DNA from: Octopus sinensis
Lineage: Eukaryota
NCBI RefSeq assembly: GCF_006345805.1
Contig: NW_021832861.1
Coordinates: 59,623 to 123,622 of the forward strand
Reading direction: 5' to 3'
Length of the DNA stretch: 64,000 bases
Below the pieces are notes generated by a model that made no database searches, had not been told where the DNA came from, and saw nothing but the letters and a program-made list of their open reading frames with translations. Shown piece by piece: positions 8,981-22,267 of this stretch (within the stretch, counting starts at the first letter, position 1; each line of letters starts with the position of its first letter). The position numbers and the translations under genes are program-made.

Positions 8981-10617
8981 GCTTGATGGCTTGATGGTTA
9001 TGACCCACGAACCTTGCAATGGGTGGTTGTTCCTACTGCTCATCTACTTGGGGTGAACTTGCTAAAACCCGATTTGATACGATTTGTCCCCACCCCACCG
9101 AGTTTCGTTGGAGGCAGAAAGGTTCAGTCGGAGGAGCACCTGCGGTGTCCGATAGGAACACCGGTGTGGGTGGTGTATAGGGGGGATACACACCTGCTGT
9201 GTCCGATTGGAACATTGGCAGCGAGGCGAGAGGGTGGATGCACCATCAAGTTTGTCTGGTATGTTATGATCTGCCGGGTTTTACCCGGGAGATGGATGCA
9301 CTGCCAGGCTTCTCCCACGGGGACACTACCTTGTCGTGGTTTAAGAGCTTACGTCTGCGGGTGGGATGCAAGCCATTATTGGCTATTGCTGGTACCAACC
9401 CGTCCGCGGAAAAACTAAAAGTGTCCTTTCCCCATAGCGGTGCCAATTATTTGGTGGGGACCAAGCAGTGTGGAGGATTTTCGTTTACAGAGTGGGATAA
9501 TGCCCTGTTGGTTGGTCGTGGCTACGCTTGTCGGCCTCCTGTTCATCCGGATCGGCCACTACCTGGCTTCGGTGTTGTGTGAAGGCCCTCCCATTTCTAT
9601 AAAGAATTTCACGGGGCGGCGCCCTCGGACGGTTAAGGTCAGAACGGCTGGTTTCGCTGTCCGGTTTGGGCTGCTGACGGGGTGAGGTGGGGATGGGGTG
9701 CTTGCATCCTGCCCCTTATCTCGCCTACAAGTTAGCGCCTCATGAAGGCTACTGTCCCTGGGTGACTGGTTTGCTGTCTCCAGAACAGATTGTTGTGGCT
9801 CGGAAAATTTATCGCGTGAGCGGACTCACTTTCTGTCTTACTACATGGAGCTAATCCGCTGACAGGTAAACTGTCAGTATGGAGCCCTTCACGGGCTGTT
9901 GCCGGGTCTTTGGCATGGTGTGCGGATTTCGGTTGGCTAGGAAGGATGTTGGCATACGTTCTACAGGGCTTGATTCCTTACTCTTGTATTCTTGATTTTC
10001 CTCCACGTACTCTTGGAAAATGCCGCTAAGTCTAAATCCTTTAAACTATAAGGTATAAAACACACGGTTGCCAGGGGCCGTATAAGATGGTGGCTTGTGG
10101 GTTAAGAGCGGGGCCTCCAAGCCAGGCCGAGCGTGTTGCCCAACCACGTTGGGCCGATATCAACGTTCCCAGCAGTTGTATAGAGCCATTTACACTGCAG
10201 GTAATACCAATGGCTCAAATATCGGATTTGACCCCGAGTGTTCCTATCGGATCCTGCACATAAATCCACCTCGATGAAGTCCTCAATTTTTTTTTTTTTA
10301 GAGGACCGAGAGGCTGGTATGCAGGATGCCCCTCAATTTTTTTTTTTTTTTTTGAGGAGGTGGCAAGGTTTGGGGGCCGCGCCATGATAGGAACCGAAAA
10401 TTATAAATAAATTAAAACCCGGATTAGACTTCTGCTTTTTTCGAAAAGTACCCGCCTTGCTGTTAATTTTAAATCCCCTCTACTAAGGTAGAATTTTTTT
10501 TTTTTTTTGCTCTTTTAGATTCGTTTTTTGGGTTAACGCAAGTTAGGGAATTGGCTGAGAGAGTGTGGGACCACCCACAATAAAAAAAGGGAATGGACTA
10601 TTGAGTCTCGCTACAGT
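8981..10617 (+). ncRNA. ORF-less structured unit A2
   Basis: Colinear with A1 and A3 along its whole length. Compensatory change in hairpin CTGACAG-GTAAA-CTGTCAG (9859-9877) versus CTGACGG-GTAAA-CCGTCAG (A1, 2951-2969). Confidence 0.65.
9321..9426 (+). ncRNA. HDV-like ribozyme core candidate (A2)
   Basis: Same layout as A1; P2 extends to GGACACT/AGTGTCC. Confidence 0.5.
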
Positions 10618-12220
10618 GGGGCTTGATGGTTATGACCCACGAACCTTGCAAAGGGTTGTTCCCACTGCTCATTCACTTGCGGTGAACTCGCTTGGGTACG
10701 ATTGGATGCAATTTGTCCCCACCCCACCGAGTTTCGTTGGGGGCAGAAAAGATCCAATCGGCTTAGGGCACCTAGGGTGTCCTATAGGAACACCATTGTG
10801 GGTGTGTAGAGGGGGATACACACCTGCAGTGTCCGATCGGAACATTGGCAGCGAGGCGAGAGGGTGGATGCACCATCACGTTTGTCTGGTATGTTATGAT
10901 CTGCCGGGTTTTACCCGGGAGATGGATGCACTGCCAGGCTTCACCCACTGGGACACTACCTTGTCGTGGTTTAAGAGCTTACGTCTGCGGGTGGGATGCA
11001 AGCCATTATTGGCTCTTGCTGGTACCAACCCTTCCGCGAACAAACTAAAAGTGTCCTTTCCCCATAGCGGTGCCAATCATTTGGTGGGGACCAAGCAGTG
11101 TGGAGGATTTTCGTTTACAGAGTGGGATGATGCCCTGTTGGTTGGTCGTGGTTGTGCTTGTCGGCCTTCTGTTCATCCGGATCGGCCATTACTTGGCTTC
11201 GGTATTGTGTGAAGAAGGCCCCCCCCCCCGCCATTTCTCAGGAGAATTTCAAGGGGCGGCGCCCTCGGACGGTTAAGGTCGGAACGGCTGGGTTCGCTGT
11301 CCGGTTTGGGCTGCTGACGGGGTGAGGTGGGGATTAGGTGCTTGCATCCTGCCTCTTATCTCGCCTACAAGTTAGCGCCTCGTGAAGGCTACTGTCCCTG
11401 GGTGGCTCTGGATTGCTGTCTCCAGAAGCCAGATTGTTGTGGCTCGGAACATTTATCGCGTGAGCGGGCTCACTTTCTGTCTCACTACTTAGAGCTAATC
11501 CGCTGACAGGTAAACTGTCAGTATGGAGCCCTTCACGGGCTGTTGCCGGGTCTTTGGCATGATGTGCGGATTTCGGTTGGCTAGGAAGGATGTTGGCTTA
11601 CGGTCTACAGGGCCTGATTCCTTACTCTTGTATTCTTGATTTTCTTCCACGTACTCTTGGAAAATGCCGCGAAGTCTAAATCCTATAATTATAAGGTACA
11701 AAACACACGGTTGCCAGGGGCCGTATAAGATGGTGGCTTGTAGGTTAAGAGCGGAGCCTCCAAGCCAGGCACAGCTTGTTGCCCAATCACGTTGGGCCAA
11801 TATCAACGTTCCCTGCAGCAGTAAAAAGCCATTTACACTGCAGGCATTACCAGTGGCTCATACATCGAATTTGACCCCGAGTGTTCCTATCGGATCCTGC
11901 ACATAAAACCCCCTCGATGATGTCTTTTTTTTTTTTTTTCGAGGACAGAGAGGCTGGTGTGCAGGATGCCCCTCAAGTTTTTTTTTTTTTTTTTTGAGGA
12001 GGTGGCAAGGTTTGGGGGCCGTGCCTCGATAGGAACTGAAAACAAAATAATCCCGGATTTGACTTCTGCATTTTCCGCCTATGGTAAAAGTACCCGCCTT
12101 GCAGTTAATTTTAGATCCCCTCTACTATGGGTTAAATTCCTTGTAGAATTTTAACATTTTAGATTCGTGTTGGGTTGTCGCAAGATAGGGAATTGGCTGT
12201 GAGAATGTGGGACCACCCAC
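10618..12220 (+). ncRNA. ORF-less structured unit A3 (ends at the invariant hairpin)
   Basis: Colinear with A1 and A2. Homology stops abruptly after GTGGGACCACCCACT at ~12221. Confidence 0.65.
10951..11056 (+). ncRNA. HDV-like ribozyme core candidate (A3)
   Basis: Same layout as A2. Confidence 0.5.
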
Positions 12221-12429
12221 TGCAGAGTTTCACTACAGAAGGTGAACGGATCGAAGGCGAGGAGATTCTCACTGTCCCTATCTACTGTCTAGCGAAAGCA
12301 GAGCTGAGTACGACGAAGACCACGAGTGTGTGTGTCCGTGTGTTATCGACGAGGCACGAAGCGGCGATTTTACTTTCAAGAGTTCTCGGTCCAGACACCG
12401 ATTAAACGGCAAGTCCTGTTATACTTGTT

Positions 12430-14350
12430 CGTGTAGGATGCTTAAATGTACGTGGCCAGGCGTCAAGCTGGAAACACGGACGCTTCCTAAATGACGACAG
12501 GGCACAAGGTTTAGATGTCATTGTTGCTACTGAAACTCGGTTAAAAGGGCCAAGAGATCTGCTTCCGCTCCTGAAAGTTCATTTCTCCAGGCCGGACGTG
12601 GGGGGGGGGTCCTACTTAAAAGAAACCAGGTTTCAGAGAAAAAGTTAATTTTTTTCTGATCCAGAATGTAGGCTGATCGTTTTAGATCTGACGTTTAATT
12701 GTGGTAAGGAAATCAGGTTGGTGGCTGTTTATGCACCCATTTCGAGTCTGATTATTATCGAGTGTTGGAGACGTTTCTAGACACATCACGTTCATTAGTT
12801 GTGTTAGGAGACTAACACTATTCTCGATGCACACGTGGATAGTGTTGGCGCTAATTCTGATAGGAGACCTAATATTGGCTTCCGGGATCTAATATATCAT
12901 TTCAGCTAGTAGACCCCTACAGACTAGAATTCCCGAACGCTCCGTTGTGGACACAGTCAAATAGCGACGGGTCTTCAAGGTCATATATAGATAAGATTTT
13001 TGATTAAGAAAAATAGATAAAGATATAGTTACGTGTCCACAGTATAACCTGGTCTGTTACAGTGATCACAAGATGGTCATTTGTAAACTGTACCTAGATA
13101 AGTTATGAGTAAGGGTTCCGGCTACTGGAAACTCAATAAGTCCCTTTTGGCGATTGAGGAGTACAGGAGCCGGATTAAGTTATTAATACAGTGGGAGTTG
13201 ACTTGTTCCATTATTAAATGGTGGTAGCCCTCAAGAGAGCCATTAAATTTGAGTATTAAATATAGGGCAGGTTTAGTGGCTAGAAGGCGTAGGAAGGAAT
13301 TTGAACTAGTTAAGGCCTAAGAGGAAGCCATGAGAACTGGCGACGCATCCCAGGTGAAGGTGAAGAGACTGGAGTGAAACCAGTGCCTCGAAGCCAAACA
13401 TGGGTTGTATCGTCAGAGATATACTTCGTGCAATGGGGAGCGAGGGAATCAAGGCCGCTGGATGGGCACGGGTTGTAGAAGCTCAACGTGGAAATGATTC
13501 CATAATTCGATTTGTGGTGAATTCTCAAGGTGAGTTGATAAACAAACCCGAAGAGATATGGCGGACTTTTCAGGAGCACTTCGCCCAGCTTTTCGGCGGG
13601 GAGCGATGGGCCGGATAGGAGGATGGACCTTACAGATTTGCTCACCGGGTTGCCGTGTCTCTCGGAGCAGGATGCGGAAAGCCGTGAAGGGTCGATCACA
13701 CCTGAGGAGGTGATTGAGGCTATAGCGGACTGCGGCAGTGGCAAGGCGCCGGGACTCGATGGTCAACCGTACGAGCTATATAAAAGTATACCAGACTTGT
13801 TCGGACACGTACTGGCTAGCGTTTACGCGAACTGACAACAGAATGGGTGGATTCCCAGATCTGTGCGCCGGGGAGTGGTGACGGTCAGGAAGGACCCAGA
13901 CAAGTGGGATAGTATAGATAATTTTAGACCCATCACTCTGCTGAACGCAGAGATGAAGATTTTGGCCAAGGTGTTAGCAAAAGGATTAACGCGTGTAGCA
14001 TGTCCACTCTCTCCGCTTGTGTACATAATGGCCCTCGAGCCATTGCTGCGAAAGCTGAGCGGCATTCCGACGAATCCAGGAGGTGGAGGATCGGTTATAG
14101 CGTACGCTGACGACATGACCAAGATGGAACACCTACAGAAAGTAGGCGAAACCAAGGTTTACGAGACGGTGGCAGGAGCGAAAATTAACCGGGAAAAATA
14201 GGTCGGCTTGCAACTCGGCAGCTGGAGGGACAAGTCGATGCCTTCGATTAACGTCGTTGGACGCTGGATGGAGGGCCCGGTTAAGTTGCTAGGAATGTGG
14301 TTTGGCCCAGATCCCCAGATAGAAAAGAACTGGTCTGAGGTATCGAGCAA
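12430..14350 (+). mobile_element. Degenerate L1/Tx1-clade LINE ORF2 (APE + RT), internally deleted
   Basis: Fragments VGCLNVRG, DVIVATETR, VAVYAP, SDHK, GYWKLN, GKAPGLDG, NFRPITLLNAEMKILAKVLA, CPLSPL..ALEPLL, AYADD, GAKINREK. The middle RT subdomains are missing, with many stops and frameshifts. Confidence 0.85.
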
Positions 14351-15299
14351 GGTGACTCATAGGAATTAAAAGGAAACATTGACGCCGGAGAAATTCGAAC
14401 TCAAAACGTATGAAATCAGAACACTAACATTTGCCTTTCTATTTACTCTCAGTGATTGTCAGTTTTGGCACAATGCCTGCAATTTTAGGGAAAGGGGTCA
14501 ATTACATCGATCTCGATACTTGTCTGGCACTTTATCGATCTTCGAAAACATGAAAGGGCAGAGTTAAGTTCGGTGAGATTCGAACTTAGAACATAAAAAG
14601 CCGAAAGAAATTCCGCTAAGCATTTTGTCAGATGCGCTAACGATTCTGTCACCTCACCGCATTAGAAATGCTTTCAAGTTCCGGCACGAGGCCAAAAATT
14701 TTTAGAGGAGGGGTAGATGGTTGACATGCACACCAATCCTCAAGTGGTACTTATTTGACTCCAATAGGAGAAAGCCCGAAATTTGGCCTCGGCGGGATTT
14801 GAACTGGAGACGTAAATAGCCGGGAAAATGCTGCCAAACACTTGTCCGTTGTACAACCGATTTTTCCAACACGTAACCTAATATTAATTCTACTTTAGGC
14901 GCGAGGGCAGAAATTTCAGGGCAGCAGGCGAGTTTATAACATCGACCACGATGCTTAACGGGTGGGCCGCTATCACCAACTAATCGTCAATATTGGTTGT
15001 TTTCGTTCTTGTTTGGATCAATTCGGTATAGTAAGTTTTGCTTGTTATTCCTGCTGTTGAACTGTTGTTTGTAACTACGTTCCGTGTTTGACGGACTTAA
15101 CTGTTGTTCCCCTCCGTGAGAGGGGGCGATATTTCTGAGTGTTTTCACAAAAATTTGTTTTGTTTCTAATGAACAACTATTATTGAAGACATGTCTATGT
15201 CATCCAAAGAAAAAAACCTTATCCCAAGAAATATCTGAATGGGAAAAATTCCTTGGGATCCCAAGGAAAAACTTAAGATAAATACTCCAGAAAATTCCT

Positions 15300-17150
15300 C
15301 TGAAAAGAGGTGAATGAAACTGAAATCTATAAAAAGGTCAATTTTGTCGCTGCGGCAGGTGTAAACATCGAACCAGGTGTATTGTTACAACACAGAAACC
15401 TGTTTGCAAGGGAGGGCTTTGATGCAAATGCCACCCTCCCAAACGAATTAACAGAGCAGACTCGAAAGAAAATGATCAGCTTCAAAACAATGATAAAAGA
15501 TTGAAAATACTTCAAATGAACAGATCGAAAACTGTTTGCAACCAATTTGGCAGGATGAAGAATTCCTGACGAGAGGGGAAAAGATACGCAGCAGTGGGGG
15601 GGGGGGTATATTATAAGGATGAAGAAAAGGGGCGATAAAACATTTCACATCCATTGAAAAAGGAATGAAACAGTGCTCCAACCAACGTATTTGGGTAGGT
15701 GCACGACTAAAGTAACAATTGATGAAATCCCAGTAGAAGTGGACGTTACTTGGCCCTGTTCAAACCTACTAATGGGATTAGAAGAGAAAATTTAAATAAT
15801 TGAAGCAACAAGAATCCAGCAGCAAAACTGGTGGGGTCAGAGGTCCTCATCCAAGCGACCCCCCAGACACTAAAAGACAGTAGAAAACATCCTTCGAGAG
15901 GAAGAAACTACCTTGCGGGTGATGGTGGAGGGGAGAAAACCACAATGTTTCGAGTGTGGTGAAAAGGGTCACATTCGAGCAAACTGCCCCACCCGTAAGG
16001 CGGAAGAAGTCCAAAATGAAGAAAGTAGCGAAAAGATGGAACAGCAAAACCAAAAGACCGACCACCAGGACCCCAGCACTAAGAATACTCAACAAGCTGG
16101 GGACAAAGATGGCGGGTCGGTATACCCCACCCACTCCCAGCACAAACAAGAAAAACCCCTGCCGCAATCACACAAGAAAAACCCATCCCTCACTACCACT
16201 ACTGCCCCCGGAAGTCAATATCTTTTTCGCATTACTCTCCATCCAACGCCGGATATCATACGATATTTCCTTACCCTCGCCCCAGAGCTGAGACTCCCCT
16301 CCCTCCCACCAGCGCTGACTTCCCTCTCCCGGCCCTCAACCCTGCACTTCTGCCCACTACATCCACTCCCAAGCCCAGAAACATTCCTCCCCCCCAGCCC
16401 AAAGAAAAAGGGATTCAAACAAGTACTGGTGGCAATAAAGATAAACAACAAACAGTTGTTACACAAAATTAAATAAGGATCGACAGAGAACATTATCAAA
16501 AACTTCCCGCCGATCTAGTCATCTATCAAATAGATGAACTAAACCATCATATCTTAAAACAATAGTTCCCAACAGACATAGGTCCTCCAAAACAGGACTT
16601 TAACAAATCCATGTACGAGGACCTATGTCAAAGCACCAGCCCACGTGCCCGTGAAAAGGAGAAAACCACTCACTAAGGTAAGTATGTGTAGTAGTCACGT
16701 GGGGTGCATAAATGTGCATAGCCTGATGTCAGGCTGGAAGCAGGAACGCCTCAATGACACCAGGTCACATGATTTAGATGTTACAGAAATCCGGTTGAGA
16801 GGGTCAAGAGATCTGCTTGCGCTGTTTGACGGTTACCAGTTTCTTTCCGAGCTGTCCTCATAGCGGGAGCGGAGCGTTGGTCCTGTTAAAAAGAAACCGG
16901 GTTTCTGAGAAAAAGATCTTTTTTCAGATGCAGAAGGTAGGCTGGTCGTTATCGACTTGACGTCCAGCCCTTGTAAGACTATCAGATTGGTTGCAATTTA
17001 TGCCCCCCGCACAACTGGGCAAAGTGATTATTTTCTAAACCTGGAGAAGTTTCTTTGTACATCACGTCCTCTAGTTGTGCTAGAAGACTGATGCGCGCGT
17101 AGATTATGTTGGTTCGTGTACAGATAGAAAAGGCAATGATTGCGCTGCAG
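15300..17150 (+). mobile_element. Second degenerate Tx1/L1-like element: ORF1 with zinc knuckle plus start of APE
   Basis: CFECGEKGHIRANC (CCHC) in ORF 15913-16476. 16690-17130 is similar to 12430-12850 (GCINV, TEIRLRGSRDLL, AIYAP). Confidence 0.7.
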
Positions 17151-18091
17151 ATTGCTTGAAGTTTTGACACAAAACTAAAATAAAGAGCTTACAATAGCTG
17201 CATTGTAAGAAGCTGTCTTCGTTAATATTTTACTTCCCTAAAATAAGCATTTTGAAAGGAAACGCGGTGCGTTTCCAAAGTAGCGCTCAAAATATTCGCA
17301 CGAATTTTCAAAGAAACAAAAAATCTACGACACCAAAAAAGTGAAGCTAAATTCAAAAGCTTCAGCATATTTGTTGGATAGGCAAATAAGCCGGACAATA
17401 TGACATTTACGTAAAGACAAGAAATTAGGAAATAGTGGTCCAGAATCGTTGGGGTCATAGGGCCATTTACTCTGTTATTGTGTTGGTGACCGAGATCACA
17501 ACAAACCACTATGACTGGGTTACTCATTTGCAGCCGAGTAAACTGGGGCAATGAGAAAGTGTTTTGCTAAGGAACACACTGCATCACCCAGACTGAGAAT
17601 CGAAACCATGGCCCGGCGAAGACAAGCACACTAACTGCGCCAATGGTGGAAAATAAAAGTCCAGCCATAGTCTTTTGAAGACAGATCTAATGAAAGCTAA
17701 AGTTCAAAAGTCATCTTACGAAGAGCGAGTTACAAAATGACCGACGGATTAGATATAAGATTCCGCTGCATCAGGCGCAAAGGAGATCCTCTCATCGTTA
17801 TCTAAGCAGTATAAAATATCTCCAAGAATAGTAGAATTGGTAGTCTAAACCAAATTTAAGACCAGAGAATCAGACAAGACGATTGTACATTGTTGGTGCC
17901 ATGATAGCACACTACATTGAGAGTCCACCTATGCCAAGCCAAAGAAGAAACCACGGAGCACAAATTTAATATTTTTTTTACAATCGTTTCAATACCATTC
18001 GGTTTCAAACTGCATCACATATGCCTGACAAAATGTAAAATATTTGTATAAATTTAAACATAGCTGAATAGGTCGGAGCGACACAGTCAGT

Positions 18092-18720
18092 GGCATCTGG
18101 TCCTTTAACAGGGATGTCTTTGATGATGATTTCCTTCCAAGTTACATCACAAATCATCCTGCTACAAAATCGGAAGACCAGACTGAGGTGCAGCCTGGAA
18201 TGCAGCCAGACAACGAACCTAACTTGCAGCCAAACGACCAGGTCAATGAACAGCAAGACGGTCCGACAGACCAACCTATACCAGGCCCAAATTTTCGTGG
18301 TGTTGTTACAAGCCTAGAGATGCTTCGCCCATTAAGGAAGGCTTCCCCCAGGAAAACAGGTCGAAGAAGTCGCAAGAGGTACCAAACAGCCATTCTAACC
18401 CTAACCCCCGTAAAAGGCGCATAATGGATGAAATAAACGAACGGAAATTCAAACCAAAGAAGGCAACCAATATAGAAAAGCTAAAGCGGAAAGAAAAGTC
18501 AACTAAAACAGGTAAAGACTAAGGGAAGCTGCCTCGCAGCAAGCAAGTCGCTGATTGGAAATGCCTTGTCTGCTCAGATTGGTATTCCAATTCCCTTCCA
18601 GGTGAGGAATAGGTGCAATGCAGGATCTGTAAAGACTGGGCATACACTGACTGCACCGATGGATGACAGGGCTTTCTGTGTGATCTGTGTGGTGAGAAGT
18701 GAATGGAGGCCGATTCCGAC
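18092..18720 (+). mobile_element. C-terminal remnant of pogo/Tigger-like (DDE_1) transposase with PHD-like finger
   Basis: GIWSFNRDVFDDDFLPS, SLEMLRPLRKASPRK..TAILTLTPVK, then WKCLVC, VQCRICKDWAYTDC and CDLC. Possible TIR remnant near 19100-19115. Confidence 0.7.
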
Positions 18721-19597
18721 TAGATGGCACATGTAACAATGGGGAATTGGCTGATGAGGACTCAGTATCAAAGGATATGAGGTGGTTCAAAGCAGTTAAT
18801 TAATGAAAATAATACTTGCTAGATGCAAGAGACCGGAGACATTCCTTCGAGACATTCATTGTCGATAACTCTGAATTATGTTAAAGTACCCCAGTAAGTG
18901 TCACAACGTAGCTCGCACTCGGGGAAAATTGTTACAGCTGACACCACCTCATTAATTAGAACCTGTCTAATCAATGTTATGCAATTTGTCTTTTGCTGGT
19001 GATAACAGATGTTTCCCTAATTTGAAAACAAACTTCAGCTGTGTTCAGTTATGCGAGTGCCTAGGCAAAAAAAAAAAAAATGAAAACGGAACAGCTAGAC
19101 CCGGTCTCCCCTACGTAAATGTTGAAGATTACCAGTGGGACAAAAAACCTCCCTCCCACATACACCGATATCTGTAATTAACTCCTATCCGATTAATTAG
19201 CAGGCCTAATTAACAGTACCGAGTTACTCAAGCTTTCTGCTTTGTGTTACTTAATCTACAAAGTTTGCGATGCATTTTATATTCTTTTGTACTCTAGGCA
19301 CAAGGCCAAAAATTTTTGCGGGAGGTAGTTGATTAGATTGATTCCAGTACGCAACTGGTACTTATTTTATCGACCCCGGCGCGCTAACGATTCTGCCAGC
19401 TCACCGCCTTAAATTACGATGAATAAAAATGGCTTCCTATTTGGGTACAAGGCCAGCATTTTTTCTTAGAGAGGAACTCAATCACATCGATTCCATTCTT
19501 GACTGACTCATTTTATCGACCCCAAAAGGAATTAGAAGGAAACATTGACGCTGGCGAAATTCAAAGTCACAACGTAAAGAAAGACGAAATACTTATG

Positions 19598-19821
19598 TTT
19601 TACTACCCACAAGGGGCTAAACACAGAGAACAAACAAGGACAGGCAAACGGATTAAGCCGATTTTATCGACCCCAGTGCGTAACTGGTACTTATTTAATC
19701 GACCCCGAAAGGATGAAAGGCAAAGTCGACCTCGGCGGGATTTGAACTCAGAACGTAACGGCAGACGAAATACGGCTACGCATTTCGCCCGGCGTGCTAA
19801 CGTTTCTGCCAGCTCGCCGCC
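19598..19821 (-). mobile_element. tRNA-derived SINE (family 1, Nin/Deu-like core)
   Basis: Reverse complement of the GGCGGCGAGCTGGCAGAA...GTTCAAAT head (A/B-box-like) plus the GCCTTTCATCCTTTCGGGGTCGAT core. Confidence 0.85.
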
Positions 19822-20200
19822 ATCGATGAGTTTTATATAAAGTAAAAAATAAAGTGGGCCCTTTTTGTTTTTATAAGGGTGGATGGTAAAGGAAGAAACA
19901 TTCGTCATTTTTTTTTTTGCAGGTGAGCTGGACTTGTCACTTTCCATCTCGTATTGGTCAGGAAAATTCTCTAAAAGAAATTTGTGGAAAACGATTTCCT
20001 TATGTAAAGGAGGGGGACAGGGAAGTATGTGGTAAAAGGGGTACCCAAATATTGAATAGTGGTTTCCGTACCCTTAAATTTTATATTGGGAAAGTTTTCA
20101 AAAAGACAAAACACACAAAGAGGACTGGAACTAAAATAAAAATCAACCTACCCCAGTGAAAACCTAGCTCAGGAAAAATTTGATTAAATATTTGAGATGT

Positions 20201-20500
20201 TTGGGTACTTCTAGCGAATAGTGGTCCCGGTGCGCGCACTCGCGCAAGCCAGTCCTAAGTAGTCGATCCTACAACGACATTTTAACCCTGATTTTTTTTA
20301 CCCTAATCCTAACCTTTGCTTTAAAAAATTATTTACTTCGCGTTTTATTTACTTTGTTCGAAAAATAATTTTCTTTGATGTGTATTCAACCTTGAAATAC
20401 AAACATACGCGCAAGTCGTTGTGGGATCGACTACTTACGACTAGCTAGCGCAGATGCGCGAGTGCGCGCACCGGGACCACTGTTCGCTAGTAGTACCCAA
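20201..20500. mobile_element. MITE-like element with ~75-bp terminal inverted repeats
   Basis: TTGGGTACT..CTAGCGAATAGTGGTCCCGGTGCGCGCACTCGCGCA..TAAGTAGTCGATCCTACAACGAC is mirrored at 20414-20500. Confidence 0.8.
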
Positions 20501-22007
20501 AGAGGACCGGAACTAAAAAAAAAAAAATATCAATCTACCCCAGTGAAAACCTACCTCAGGAAAAATTTCATTAAATATTATAGGAGTTTGTGGCGAAAAA
20601 AGTCAGCAGTGTGATGCCCCAGTTTTTAGTTATGCAGTGTGTGAGAGCTGAATAAACACATTGGTTGAGCGGTATTAATATTGTTTGTCAAAGCGGCTCC
20701 ACTTTCTTAGACAACGAGAAAAAAAAAATTAAAAAGCAAGAGGTCGGAAATAAAAAGAAAAAAATCAAAATTTGCTTCAATGAATTTAGTTTGCTCCCTG
20801 CATTTAGGTCTCAAATGACCGCTCCAGGCTAACATAGCAAAACAGGCGTTAAAGGAAGCATACGCAACTAGGATTCCAGGATTAGTATCGAGGGCGAAGC
20901 AGGATCTTTGCGTATTAGGTTACGTATCTTTATGAAGATATTTCGAATTTCCTTCGAGGTTACAGTTCTAGCTTTTATTTTGCCACCGTGTCCCTAGTTA
21001 CAGGTAATTCAAGTCCTGATCAAATCGTTAAGGGAGCAACGAGTTATGGCAATATTTTAGGCGTGGGTTAATATTTGGCTCAGGACTGACAAGGAGTCGA
21101 GTGAGACTGAATAGAATATTTTAGTGTTTGGGTAACAGCAAACTAAGTTGCTCAATATTTCCTCCGCCTTACGTAACTCAAGACTAACGTTACGGAATTT
21201 GCAGTTACGCATCGATGTTGGTTTATTATTATTATTATTTTTTTTTTGTAATAAAAGTTTATCACTTACGGCGTTTTCCTTTCAAAATCATTTCATCGTC
21301 GAAGAACATCAATTTTTTTTTTTTTTGTGTGTCTTTCAACATCCAATATGGCCGAGTCCATTTGGCGTTGCAATAATTTTCTCGATAGCTCCAATGTAAT
21401 ATCAATGTACAACGTGTTCCGTCTTGTTTTATTTTTGTGAAACGAAGGAAATAGTTTTCTCTTTCAAACTCGAAATATTAAAGACTCCAGAATATCCGAG
21501 AGTGCTCCCTTTTCTCTCCAACAGTGGTCTGTTTGCGTCAAAAATTCAACTCATTCGTGTTTAATCTGTTGTAAGAGTGTGTCTGACCCTTATATGTCCT
21601 TCTTTGTCCCCTCTATGTATCCTTTTCATAAGGAATAATGAAAGTCTGCTAGCGTCAAAAATATATCATGGTTTGGTTTGCCTAAGTTTATACTTGATTT
21701 GCAGCCGACTCAGATAAGAAATAGGTCGATTTTTCGCGCGCTTTTAATTTCATAGCAAAGCATCACGGGAGAAATTGGTGATACTGGTGTTAAAAAAAAT
21801 ACAAGAAAAAAACGTTCTCCAGAAATCCCGTGATCCTTTTCGGCGCCACGCAAGCTACATGAAAATAACACACACATACCCGGGTTCAAAAGCTCACGAT
21901 TTCGGGTTCGGTACCACCGCATAGCAGGTTGAGCTGAGGCGAAACCCTGTGAATGAATTTGGCAAGGAGAAACGGAAAGAAACCTCCAATAAATAATTAA
22001 TAAATAA

Positions 22008-22048
<41 letters not shown>

Positions 22049-22221
22049 ATTTTATTTGTTAGGGAATAAAAATTCCGGCATCACAGGGATTCAAATTATT
22101 CTCAATGAATAAATATATATTTTTTTCTTTTAGCATTCTTCATCCCACCATATAAAAGAATTTTATAAATTAATCTAAAATTCTTTTATATGGTGGGATG
22201 AAGGAGGCTACTATCTCTAAA

Positions 22222-22267
<46 letters not shown>

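Larger units (their letters stand above)
1..12220 (+). mobile_element. Head-to-tail array of R2-clade-like retroelements (B) and ORF-less structured paralogues (A): B0-A1-B1-A2-A3
   Basis: Invariant 14-mer GTGGGACCACCCAC at 1997, 3678, 8930, 10565 and 12207 (spacings 1681, 5252, 1635, 1642). Homologous non-coding blocks recur in every unit and all units have the same orientation. The array continues past the left window edge. Confidence 0.85.

Noticed and set aside
1997-12220. CRISPR-like reading of the recurring 14-mer
   Set aside because: Spacing is kilobases, intervening sequences are homologous rather than unique spacers, and there are no cas genes; context is eukaryotic.
18395-18406. 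CTAACCCTAACC telomere or telomerase-template-like sequence (also ~20300)
   Set aside because: Only two units; it lies inside transposase coding (ILTLTP) or inside the MITE.
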